Shown one piece after another: positions 24,366-32,645 of a stretch of DNA of 64,000 nt (positions are counted from its first letter, which is position 1; every line of letters begins with the position of its first letter). The translations under genes and the position numbers were made by a program. The notes under the pieces are model-generated. The model saw only the letters and a list, made by a program, of their open reading frames with translations, ran no database searches and had not been told where the DNA came from. Source of the stretch: Acidimicrobiales bacterium (GTDB taxonomy: Bacteria; Actinomycetota; Acidimicrobiia; Acidimicrobiales; Bin134); assembly GCA_965231915.1 (NCBI GenBank), contig OZ246892.1:2699247-2763246 (forward strand), written 5' to 3'.

Positions 24366-25369
24366 ACCCGGTGCGAATCGGGGTCTTGGGCTGCGGGCGG
24401 ATTGGCCGGATGCACGCCGAGCTCATCGCCCGGCAGGTGCCCGGCGCCGAGGTGGCCGCGGTCTTCGACGTGATCGAAGATGCGTCGGCGGCGCTGGCCA
24501 ACGACCTCGGAGTGCGCCACGCCGCTGCGCCCGACGAGATTCTGGAGGCAGACGAAGTCGACGCTGTAGCCATCTGCACCTCCACCCATACCCACATCGA
24601 TCTGCTGGTAGCCACCGCTGAGGCCGGGAAAGCTGCCTTCGTGGAAAAACCGCTGGCCTTGAATCTGAGCGACGTGGACCGCGGCATCGCCGCCGCCGAG
24701 AACGCGGGAATCCCAGTGCAGATAGGGTTCAACCGCCGCTTCGACCCCAGCCACCGCTATGTGCGCGACCGAGTGGCCGCCGGGGAGATCGGAGATGTCC
24801 ATTTGGTGCGCATCTCCAGCCGCGACCCCGAGCCCCCGCCGCTCGTCTACCTGGACGAATCCGGCGGCATCTTCTGCGACATGACCATCCACGACTTCGA
24901 CATGATCCGCTTCATCACCCAAAGCGAGGTCACCGAGGTGTACGCCACCGGCGCGGTGCTGATCGACGAAGCCATCGGAGGAGTCGGAGATCTCGACACC
25001 GCGGTGATCGTCTGCCACCACGAGAACGGCGCCATCAGCACCATCGACAACAGCCGAAAGGCGGTGTACGGCTACGACCAGAGGGTAGAGGCGTTCGGCT
25101 CGGCCGGGATGGCCGCCTCGGAGAATCCCTTGACCGCTACCGCGGTTACCCGAACCGCCGACGGCGCTCAAGCACCGACACTGCCCTACTTTTTCTTGGA
25201 TCGGTACATCCCGTCCTATCTGGCCGAATGGGATGCATTCATCTCCATGATGCAGGGAGCGCCCTCCCCGGTAACCCTGTCCGACGGGCGGGCCCCGCTG
25301 GTAATCGGCTTGGCCGCGTGGCGCTCCGTACGGGAACGGCGTCCGGTGCAGATAAACGAGATCGGCTGA
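24362..25369 (+). CDS. iolG: Inositol 2-dehydrogenase (Gfo/Idh/MocA family)
   Basis: RIGVLGCGRIGRMHAE, the EKP motif FVEKPLA and QIGFNRRFDP match the IolG-type pattern. 335 aa. Confidence 0.88.
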   Translation: MNPVRIGVLGCGRIGRMHAELIARQVPGAEVAAVFDVIEDASAALANDLGVRHAAAPDEILEADEVDAVAICTSTHTHIDLLVATAEAGKAAFVEKPLALNLSDVDRGIAAAENAGIPVQIGFNRRFDPSHRYVRDRVAAGEIGDVHLVRISSRDPEPPPLVYLDESGGIFCDMTIHDFDMIRFITQSEVTEVYATGAVLIDEAIGGVGDLDTAVIVCHHENGAISTIDNSRKAVYGYDQRVEAFGSAGMAASENPLTATAVTRTADGAQAPTLPYFFLDRYIPSYLAEWDAFISMMQGAPSPVTLSDGRAPLVIGLAAWRSVRERRPVQINEIG

Positions 25370-25372
25370 GCG

Positions 25373-26353
25373 GTGCGGGCCTACGTCACCGGAGGGACCG
25401 GCTTCATCGGCTCCAACATCGTCAAAGTGTTCTCCGAGCGCCACGACGCAACCGTGCACTGCCCGGTTCGCTCGTTCGTGCCCGACAACCCTCTGGGATA
25501 CACCATCGAACCGCTGGATTTGTTGGACACCGAAGCGGTGGTGGCCAGCGTGGGCCAGTTCGACCCCGATGTGATCGTCCACTCCATGATCCTCAACGAC
25601 CTCCACGGGATCTACCACCACCGGGAATTGGCGTGGCGCAGCTATGTAGATGCCACCCTCGCCCTGGCCGATGCCGCCAACCAGGCCGGGGCCAAGCTCA
25701 TTCTGGTGTCCACCGACTGGGTATTCGACGGCACCCAGGCCGGGGCCGATGAGCACACACCGCCCAACCCGGTGAACTACTACGGAGTATTGAAGGCCCT
25801 CAGCGAGCAAGCCGCTCTGCTCCAGGCTGACCGGGCTGCGGTGGCCCGCGTGTCGGCGGTAAACGGCGTCCATTGGGCTCGAGATGAGATGCCCCGGGGC
25901 CAGGATCCCGGATACGGCTATTTCGTGACCACCGTGCTCGACGCGGTGTCTCAAGGCCAGTCATTCGGGGTGTGGGAGGGTGACGACATCAACATGGCGG
26001 CCACGCCCAGTCTGGCCAGCGAGTGCGCTGAAACCATGTGGCTGATCGCCGCCAACGACGACGCCGACGGCATTTTCCACTGCTGCGGCGCCGAGCCAGC
26101 AGGGCGGATGGAGCTGGCCCGATTGGCCTGCGAGGTCTTCGGCCACGATCCCTCGCTGCTGAGATCGGTTCCGCCTGATTCGGAGATGATGTCGTCGATG
26201 GCCGGAGCCCGCATCCCCTACGACACGACGATCCGAACCCCTCGCACGACTGAAATTCTGGACTATGAGCCGCTAGGCACCCGCGAGATGCTGGAGCGCT
26301 TCAAACAGGAACTCGAATCTGGCGATCTTGTTCTCCCGACCACTGGAGGTTGA
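25373..26353 (+). CDS. NAD-dependent epimerase/reductase (RmlD substrate-binding-domain-like)
   Basis: The N-terminus is MRAYVTGGTGFIGSNIV. STDWVFDG and YYGVLK form the YxxxK catalytic region. Confidence 0.8.
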   Translation: MRAYVTGGTGFIGSNIVKVFSERHDATVHCPVRSFVPDNPLGYTIEPLDLLDTEAVVASVGQFDPDVIVHSMILNDLHGIYHHRELAWRSYVDATLALADAANQAGAKLILVSTDWVFDGTQAGADEHTPPNPVNYYGVLKALSEQAALLQADRAAVARVSAVNGVHWARDEMPRGQDPGYGYFVTTVLDAVSQGQSFGVWEGDDINMAATPSLASECAETMWLIAANDDADGIFHCCGAEPAGRMELARLACEVFGHDPSLLRSVPPDSEMMSSMAGARIPYDTTIRTPRTTEILDYEPLGTREMLERFKQELESGDLVLPTTGG

Positions 26354-27213
26354 CCATGGCCACTACCCCTGCATCAGGTCCTATTCGCCCTCAGCCAGGA
26401 CCGGGACGGGTTCTCAACATCACCCCAGAATCGGCAGGGTGGGACAACGTGGCCTTCTCGGTGGTCGAGCTCACCCCATCCGACCCGTGGTCGGGGGTCG
26501 ATTTCGATCGGGAAACCGCCATCGTCCCCTTATCCGGCTCAGGTCGGGTGAAAGCCGGCGATATCGGCGCCGCCATTAGCCGCACGTCAGTATTCGAAGA
26601 GCTGGGACGGATCGTCTACCTACCGCCGGGCACTGCCTATGAGATCACCACCGAAGGCTCGCTGGTAGCCGCGGTGGGCTCGGCCCCAGCTGAGGGTCGC
26701 TACCCGGCCCGGGTTTTCGAGCCATCTGAGATGCGAGTCGAAATCCGCGGCGGTGGCCAGGCTTACCGCCAAGTGGTCCACTCGCTGGCCCATCCGCTGC
26801 CCGCCGAGAAACTCATCCTCTACGAGGTATTCGTACCCCGGGGCACCTGGTCGGGCTGGCCCCCCCACTGCCACGATGGGCGAGACGGCTCGCCCTATCT
26901 GGAGGAGGTCTACTACTTCCGCCTGGATCGCCCCGAGGGCTATGCCATGCACCGCAACTGGCGCACTGAAGAGAACTTTGACGAAGCAGTCGTGATCCGA
27001 GATGGCGACGCTGCGCTGGTTCCCAAGGGCTACCACACGTCGGTGGCCTGTCCTGGCTCCAACATGTACTTTCTCAACTACCTAGCCGGCGAGCTGATCG
27101 GCGAGGAGCGGCGCACGCCCCCCTGCTTCGCCGCCGAGCACACCTGGATCGAGGCCGACTGGGGCGCTGGGGCGTGGACGCTGCCGGTGGCCGGCGCGGT
27201 GCCCTCCAACTGA
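26350..27213 (+). CDS. iolB: 5-deoxy-glucuronate isomerase
   Basis: 287-aa cupin-like protein. GWDNVAFSVVEL, PPHCHD and EEVYYF are IolB-type motifs. It overlaps the upstream gene by 4 nt. Confidence 0.88.
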   Translation: MTMATTPASGPIRPQPGPGRVLNITPESAGWDNVAFSVVELTPSDPWSGVDFDRETAIVPLSGSGRVKAGDIGAAISRTSVFEELGRIVYLPPGTAYEITTEGSLVAAVGSAPAEGRYPARVFEPSEMRVEIRGGGQAYRQVVHSLAHPLPAEKLILYEVFVPRGTWSGWPPHCHDGRDGSPYLEEVYYFRLDRPEGYAMHRNWRTEENFDEAVVIRDGDAALVPKGYHTSVACPGSNMYFLNYLAGELIGEERRTPPCFAAEHTWIEADWGAGAWTLPVAGAVPSN

Positions 27214-27214
27214 G

Positions 27215-28063
27215 ATGAGCGTGGCCGACCTAGCCCACGACGGGCGGTTCGCGGTGCTGGCCATCGACCACCGCGACTCGCTGCGCAGCGTTCTGGCCCC
27301 CGACAACCCCGAATCCGTGTCCCACCAGGACATCGTCGATCTAAAGCGCGACCTGGTAGCCGGACTGGCCGACGGAGCCACCGGCGTGATGCTGGAGCCG
27401 GAGTACTCCATCCCTCAGCTGCTGGACGGCACGCTGCCGCCCGGGGTGGGCTTCACCGCCGCCCTCGAAGCCCAGGGATACATGGCCGATCCTGAAGCCG
27501 CCCCCGTCGCCCTTCTCGACGGTTGGTCGGTGCAGGCCGCAGCCGACTGCGGGGCAGCCGCGGCCAAGCTGCTGGTGCTGTACCGGCCCGACCGCCCCCA
27601 CGCCGCTGCTCAAGAGAAGGCCGCTTCCGACATCTTGGCCGAGTGCCGGCGGGTGGGCATCCCCCTGCTGGTAGAACCGCTGTTCTACGGCCTCAACGAC
27701 CCGTCACTTCGCCCCCAGATCGTGCTCGACACCGTGGACCGATTCGCCCCTATGGGATTCGACATCTTGAAACTACCGTTCCCCGTCGATGCCGACCACG
27801 ACCCCTACCAAACCCGCTGGGCCGCAGCCTGCTCAGAGATCTCCAACCGCTGCGAAATACCCTGGACCCTGCTATCGGGCGGCGGCACTTTCGACAACTA
27901 TCACGCCCAACTGGAAGTAGCCATGGCCTCAGGCTGCGCCGGATTCACAGTGGGCCGAGCCCTGTGGGGCGAAGCCGCATTGGCGTCACCCGCCGATCGA
28001 ATGAAGGTCATCACCGATCTGATCGCCCCCCGACTCGCCTCGTTGCGCAACCTGGTTGTCTGA
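27215..28063 (+). CDS. Class I aldolase (LacD/tagatose-bisphosphate aldolase family); probable 5-dehydro-2-deoxyphosphogluconate aldolase role
   Basis: FAVLAIDHRDSLR, GVMLEPEY and FDILKLPFP resemble the LacD-family active-site region. It is the last gene of the iol operon. The functional assignment is by context. Confidence 0.7.
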   Translation: MSVADLAHDGRFAVLAIDHRDSLRSVLAPDNPESVSHQDIVDLKRDLVAGLADGATGVMLEPEYSIPQLLDGTLPPGVGFTAALEAQGYMADPEAAPVALLDGWSVQAAADCGAAAAKLLVLYRPDRPHAAAQEKAASDILAECRRVGIPLLVEPLFYGLNDPSLRPQIVLDTVDRFAPMGFDILKLPFPVDADHDPYQTRWAAACSEISNRCEIPWTLLSGGGTFDNYHAQLEVAMASGCAGFTVGRALWGEAALASPADRMKVITDLIAPRLASLRNLVV

Positions 28064-28073
28064 GCAGACTCGT

Positions 28074-29102
28074 TTAGGCCGCTACCGCGCCGCCGGCTAC
28101 TAGTTCGCCCTGGTAGAACACCACCGCCTGGCCGGGGGCTACACGGCGCTGGGGCTCTTCCCAGGTGACTCTGCCGGCTTGGTCCACCACGCCGACTGCG
28201 GGGGTGCCGTGGGCGCTCACCTGGATGTCCACCGGTCCCTCGACCGCTCCATCGACCCAGTGGATGTCGCTCACCTCCTGAATGGGCGTGTACAGATCCT
28301 CGCGGCGGCCCACGGTTACACGGCCTGCGGGAATGTCCACATTGGTCACGTAGCGGGGCTCGTCGGTGCCGCCCAGGTTAAGGCCTCGGCGCTGGCCGAT
28401 GGTCACGGCCTGCACGGCCTCGACTGAGCTCAACTCCGTGCCGTCGGCGTCCACCACGGTGGCGGGCGACTCGCCCAATCGACGAGACAGAAAGCCCTGC
28501 CGTCCCCCGGCCCGGTTGGCAATGAAGCACACGTCCTGGCTGTCGGGCTTGGCCGAGTTCCGCAGGCCCAAATCGGCGGCCCGCTCCCGAACCTCGGCCT
28601 TGGTCAAATGACCGATGGGCAACAGCAGCCGAGACATCTGCTCTTGGCCCAGCATGTAGAGCACATAGGACTGGTCCTTGGCGTCGTCCACGCCCCGCCG
28701 CACGCGGAACCCATCCTCCGCCGCCTCCAGACGGGCGTGATGGCCGGTGGCCACCGCGTCGAAGCCCAGCGCCTCAGCCCGCACCATGAGCTTGTCGAAC
28801 TTGATGTGGCGGTTGCACTCGATACACGGGTTGGGTGTCAGCCCGACCGCGTGGTCATCCACATACGGCTCCACCACCCGCTGATCGAAGGCGTCGCCGA
28901 AGTTGAACACGTGGTGCTGCAATCCCAAGAGGTCGGCCACTCGGCGGGCGTCCTCCACATCCGACACCGAGCAGCACCCGGTGTCCGACTCCCCTCCCCA
29001 CAACTTGAGGGTCACGCCCACCACATCATGTCCCTGCTCGGCCAGCATGGCGGCAGCCACCGAGGAGTCCACTCCTCCTGACATGGCGGCTAGCACCCGC
29101 AT
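28074..29102 (-). CDS. mnmA: tRNA-specific 2-thiouridylase MnmA
   Basis: MRVLAAMSGGVDSSVAA is the PP-loop. Conserved Cys residues and tRNA-binding C-terminal domains are present. It lies downstream of the cysteine desulfurase gene, as in many Actinobacteria. Confidence 0.95.
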   Translation of the reverse strand: MRVLAAMSGGVDSSVAAAMLAEQGHDVVGVTLKLWGGESDTGCCSVSDVEDARRVADLLGLQHHVFNFGDAFDQRVVEPYVDDHAVGLTPNPCIECNRHIKFDKLMVRAEALGFDAVATGHHARLEAAEDGFRVRRGVDDAKDQSYVLYMLGQEQMSRLLLPIGHLTKAEVRERAADLGLRNSAKPDSQDVCFIANRAGGRQGFLSRRLGESPATVVDADGTELSSVEAVQAVTIGQRRGLNLGGTDEPRYVTNVDIPAGRVTVGRREDLYTPIQEVSDIHWVDGAVEGPVDIQVSAHGTPAVGVVDQAGRVTWEEPQRRVAPGQAVVFYQGELVAGGAVAA

Positions 29103-29118
29103 CGCTCAGCTCTCTTTC

Positions 29119-30261
29119 TCAGCCCGGGCCGTAGTCCCGGAGGCGGGCTACTGCGCTAGGGATCACCGAAAGCGCCTGGTCGATATCGGCGTCGGTGGTC
29201 TCATAGCCCAGCGAAAGCCGCAGCGATCCACCGGCAAGCATGCGGTCATAGCCCATGGCGGCCAGCACATGCGACGGGTCCTGCGCCCCGCTGGAGCACG
29301 ACGACGCGGCCGACGCATACACCCCGGCATCCTCCAACAGGAACAACAGCGCCTCAGATTCGATCCCTTCGAAGCACAGGTGGGCCGAGCCGGCCACTTT
29401 GCCCGATCGCTCGCCGGTCTCCACTGTGCCGTCGACCGCGCCAAGAACACCATCCGCCAGCCGATCCCGCAGACCGGCCAGGCGCACCACCTGCTCGACT
29501 CGACTCTTCAGCACTACCTCTGCGGCCGCCGCCATGCCGGCAATGCCCGCAGCGTTGTGAGTGCCCGAGCGCAATCCCCGCTCCTGACCGCCGCCCAACA
29601 GCAGCGGTGACAGCTCCACTCCGTCCCGCACCACCAGTGCCCCCACGCCTTTTGGACCGCCGAATTTGTGGGCGCTAACCGAGATCAGATCGACGCTAGC
29701 CGCCAAGGATGCCACGTCTAGCCAGGGAAACGCCTGCACCGCGTCGGTATGCAGCACTGCCTGAGGGGCACACGAGCGCACCAATTCGGCCACCTGCTCC
29801 AGGGGCTGGACCATGCCCGTTTCGTTGTTGGCCAGCATCACCGAGACCACAGTCACATCGTCGTCTAATGCCGAGGCCAGCGCATCCAAATCGATCACTC
29901 CAGCAGCATCCACGGCTACCACCCGCCCGCCCAGGTGCTCCACCGGTTCCAGCACGGCATGGTGCTCAATCGCCGAGCACACCGTCACACCGCCGGCCTT
30001 CATGTGTCGTCCGACCACCGCCAGGTTGTCGCCTTCGGTGCCACCGCCGGTGAACACAATCTCACCCGGCTGCGAACCCAAGGCTTCGGCCATCACGTCG
30101 CGGGCGTCGTCGATCCGACGGCGGGTGTCCCGCGCCATCCGGTGCGCGCCGGTCGGGTTGGCATACAGCTCCCTGTGCAGCGGAGCCATGGCTTCGACCG
30201 CCTCAGAGCACAGCGGGGTCGAGGCGGCATTGTCCAGATATGCGATCGCCTCCGATGTCAT
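29119..30261 (-). CDS. iscS: Cysteine desulfurase (IscS/NifS class)
   Basis: 380 aa. SVSAHKFGGPKG carries the PLP lysine, and SSCSSG carries the active-site Cys. Confidence 0.92.
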   Translation of the reverse strand: MTSEAIAYLDNAASTPLCSEAVEAMAPLHRELYANPTGAHRMARDTRRRIDDARDVMAEALGSQPGEIVFTGGGTEGDNLAVVGRHMKAGGVTVCSAIEHHAVLEPVEHLGGRVVAVDAAGVIDLDALASALDDDVTVVSVMLANNETGMVQPLEQVAELVRSCAPQAVLHTDAVQAFPWLDVASLAASVDLISVSAHKFGGPKGVGALVVRDGVELSPLLLGGGQERGLRSGTHNAAGIAGMAAAAEVVLKSRVEQVVRLAGLRDRLADGVLGAVDGTVETGERSGKVAGSAHLCFEGIESEALLFLLEDAGVYASAASSCSSGAQDPSHVLAAMGYDRMLAGGSLRLSLGYETTDADIDQALSVIPSAVARLRDYGPG

Positions 30262-30277
30262 TGCAGCCCCCTCTCCT

Positions 30278-30934
30278 CTATACCGATGGGAATACCAGGT
30301 CGTCGCGCTTGGAGCGCTTGAGCTCGGCGAACGACGGCCACCCGGCCAGCGTCACCACCGCATCCCACAGCCGGGTGGCGTCCTTAGAAGCGGGAACCTG
30401 GCTCACCACGGGACCAAAGAACGACGTGGTGCCACCGTTGTGGTGAAAGGTGATGATCGGCGTCCCCACATCTCGCCCCGTACGGCTCAGCGCCTCCATA
30501 GTTGACTCCCGCAGGGCTTCGTCCAGCGATTCGTCCTCGGCTCGTGCAGCCAACTCCGACGACACGCCGGCCACCTCCAAGGCAGCAGCCAAGTGCTGTT
30601 CAGAAGCCACCTCGCCCATGGCCGAGCGGATGTCCCCGTCGGGGTTCCAAATGGTGGACCCGTAGGCGGTATACAGCTGGCCGGCTGCGTCCGCATCGTG
30701 CTCGTCGCGAACCGCCTGGGCCACCCGCAGCATGCGCCGGCCCTTGTGGTGCAAATCCTGATAGCCCTCGGGAAAGTTCTCGTAGTCGCTGTCCTCGTTG
30801 AGGATCGACAAGCAGATCAGCCGCCAGTCAACTGAGTAGTCCCGCTGCTGAGCGACATCGGTCACCCATCGGGAAGTGATCCACGCGAATGGGCAAATCG
30901 GATCCCAGAAGAATTCGATGTCGGCATCAGGCAT
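30278..30934 (-). CDS. DsbA-family thioredoxin-fold protein (Rv2466c-like)
   Basis: FFWDPICPFAWITSRWV is a CPxx-type motif, in a DsbA-like helical-insert layout. 218 aa. Confidence 0.8.
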   Translation of the reverse strand: MPDADIEFFWDPICPFAWITSRWVTDVAQQRDYSVDWRLICLSILNEDSDYENFPEGYQDLHHKGRRMLRVAQAVRDEHDADAAGQLYTAYGSTIWNPDGDIRSAMGEVASEQHLAAALEVAGVSSELAARAEDESLDEALRESTMEALSRTGRDVGTPIITFHHNGGTTSFFGPVVSQVPASKDATRLWDAVVTLAGWPSFAELKRSKRDDLVFPSV

Positions 30935-31017
30935 GGCATGAATTCTACGGCCTGGTGGCTGTGGTTCTCCCTGCGAACCGCTCTTAGACTGCCAGACCCA
31001 CTTTAGAATTGCAGTGA

Positions 31018-31449
31018 ATGGCCAGAATCAGGGTTTCCACCACCATTGAAGCGCCTTTGGATTCGGTCTGGGACTACGTGCGCCGGATCGACAGCCACAC
31101 CGAGTGGATGGCCGACGCTGAGTCGATCTCCTTTCACGGGTCTCAAACCGAGGGGGTGGGCACCGCCTTCGATTGCCTTACCAGGGTTGGCCCCCTCCGG
31201 CTCAACGACGCCATGGTGGTCACCGAATGGGCAGAGAAGAAGGCCATCGGCGTGCGCCACACCGGACTGGTCACCGGCGAGGGCCGCTTCACCCTTGCGC
31301 CCGCAGGCACCGAGCGCACCGAGTTCTGCTGGACCGAGGAGCTTCAATTCCCATGGTGGATGGGTGGCCTGCTGGGGGACATGGTCGGCGCCCGCGTCCT
31401 CGAGTGGGTGTGGCGTCGAAACCTCGAGACCTTGCGCGCCCAGTTCTAG
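31018..31449 (+). CDS. SRPBCC (polyketide cyclase/dehydrase-like) family protein
   Basis: 143 aa. The N-terminal RVSTTIEAPLDSVWDYV is typical of the family. Confidence 0.8.
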   Translation: MARIRVSTTIEAPLDSVWDYVRRIDSHTEWMADAESISFHGSQTEGVGTAFDCLTRVGPLRLNDAMVVTEWAEKKAIGVRHTGLVTGEGRFTLAPAGTERTEFCWTEELQFPWWMGGLLGDMVGARVLEWVWRRNLETLRAQF

Positions 31450-31454
31450 CCCGC

Positions 31455-32141
31455 CTAGAGCACCTCCAACCAGCGGGAGGCGGCCCACAATGAGCCGGCG
31501 AAGGAGGCCGCGGCCACCACTATGGCTACAAGCACCGGGGTCGCAGTGGTGTACTTCTGTTTGCGTATTGCTTGAGCCGCAGCTGCCCCCACGAGGACAC
31601 CGCCGACGAGCCCCCCGATGTGGCCACCCAGCGAAATTCCCGAAACGGTGAAGCTGATAACGAGGTTGATGACCAGGATCGGTCCAATCGGGGTCTGGAA
31701 CAAGCCCACCCCTTGGGTCAGCAAGAGAGCGGCATAGGCCCCCATCAGCCCAAAGATCGCCCCCGACGCTCCCGCCACCAGCGAGTTGGGGGTCTCGATC
31801 AGCGCCCCGAATGACCCGCTCACCAGCGAAGAGAGGTACACCGCGGTGAACGGCACTCGGCCCAGCCACCGCTCCAGGGCCAATCCCAGGATGTACAACG
31901 AGTACATGTTCACCGCGAGATGAAACACACCGTGGTGCAAGAAACCGCCGGTGAACACCCGCCACCACTCGTTGTAGACGTCAATGGCCGCCCCCCAGGT
32001 GGCGGCTTCGACTACTAGGCCGTTGAGTGTGCCCCCGCCGTTGAGGCTGTCCCCCATCACCATGCCCACGATGAACACCGCCACGTTGGCGGCGATCAGC
32101 ACGTAGCTGACATACCAGGTGTCGGTTCTTTGCGGGACCAT
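31455..32141 (-). CDS. Rhomboid family intramembrane serine protease
   Basis: Six or more TM helices. GASGAIFGLMGA carries the catalytic Ser, and the GGHIGG region carries the catalytic His. Confidence 0.88.
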   Translation of the reverse strand: MVPQRTDTWYVSYVLIAANVAVFIVGMVMGDSLNGGGTLNGLVVEAATWGAAIDVYNEWWRVFTGGFLHHGVFHLAVNMYSLYILGLALERWLGRVPFTAVYLSSLVSGSFGALIETPNSLVAGASGAIFGLMGAYAALLLTQGVGLFQTPIGPILVINLVISFTVSGISLGGHIGGLVGGVLVGAAAAQAIRKQKYTTATPVLVAIVVAAASFAGSLWAASRWLEVL

Positions 32142-32156
32142 GCTTGCGGTATGTGG

Positions 32157-32420
32157 CTACAAGCCCACTGGTGAGCCGTCGCTCAGCAGATTCTGGCCCA
32201 CATTCACCACCTCGGTTACCCCGGGTACCCGGTCCTTGAGAATCCGCTCCACTCCAGCCTTCAGCGTGACCGTCGAAGCCGGGCAGCTCACACAGGCCCC
32301 CGTCAGCTCCACGGTGACCACGCCGGTGTCCTCGTCCACCTCTCGCAAGAAGATGTCGCCGTCGTCGGCCTGCACCGCAGGGCGGATGGCCTCAATCACC
32401 TGGGCTACGGCGTTCTGCAC
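32157..32420 (-). CDS. NifU C-terminal-domain (Nfu-like) Fe-S cluster carrier
   Basis: 87 aa with GACVSCPASTVTLKAGVE, the CxxC motif of the Nfu domain. Confidence 0.85.
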   Translation of the reverse strand: MQNAVAQVIEAIRPAVQADDGDIFLREVDEDTGVVTVELTGACVSCPASTVTLKAGVERILKDRVPGVTEVVNVGQNLLSDGSPVGL

Positions 32421-32510
32421 ACCCCAATTGTCTCAGCCAAAACCCGATTCGCCAACCTTCCCGTCGATCTCGTTCAATCAACCAAGTGGGCATCTGACAG
32501 ACTCGGCACT

Positions 32511-32645
32511 GTGGAAGTGCTGGCCCACCAGGGAGGTTGGGATGAGATCCTCTTGGTAGCCGCGCCTCTGGCCCTGCTGGCCGGCCTGCTATTCCTGGCT
32601 AATCGACGGGCCTCACGCGGCGGACGTCGGCCCCAAGAGCGCTGA
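32511..32645 (+). CDS. Candidate 44-aa single-pass membrane micro-protein
   Basis: Manual translation from the GTG at 32511 gives VEVLAHQGGWDEILLVAAPLALLAGLLFLANRRASRGGRRPQER*. This is one clean TM helix followed by a positive-inside tail. It is below the ORF-track size cut-off and converges on, and overlaps, the 3' end of murA. Confidence 0.3.
   Translation: MEVLAHQGGWDEILLVAAPLALLAGLLFLANRRASRGGRRPQER

Noticed and set aside
24176-25954. 592-aa minus-strand ORF spanning iolG and the RmlD-like gene
   Set aside because: It is antisense to two recognisable plus-strand genes and has no motifs. This is a high-GC artefact.
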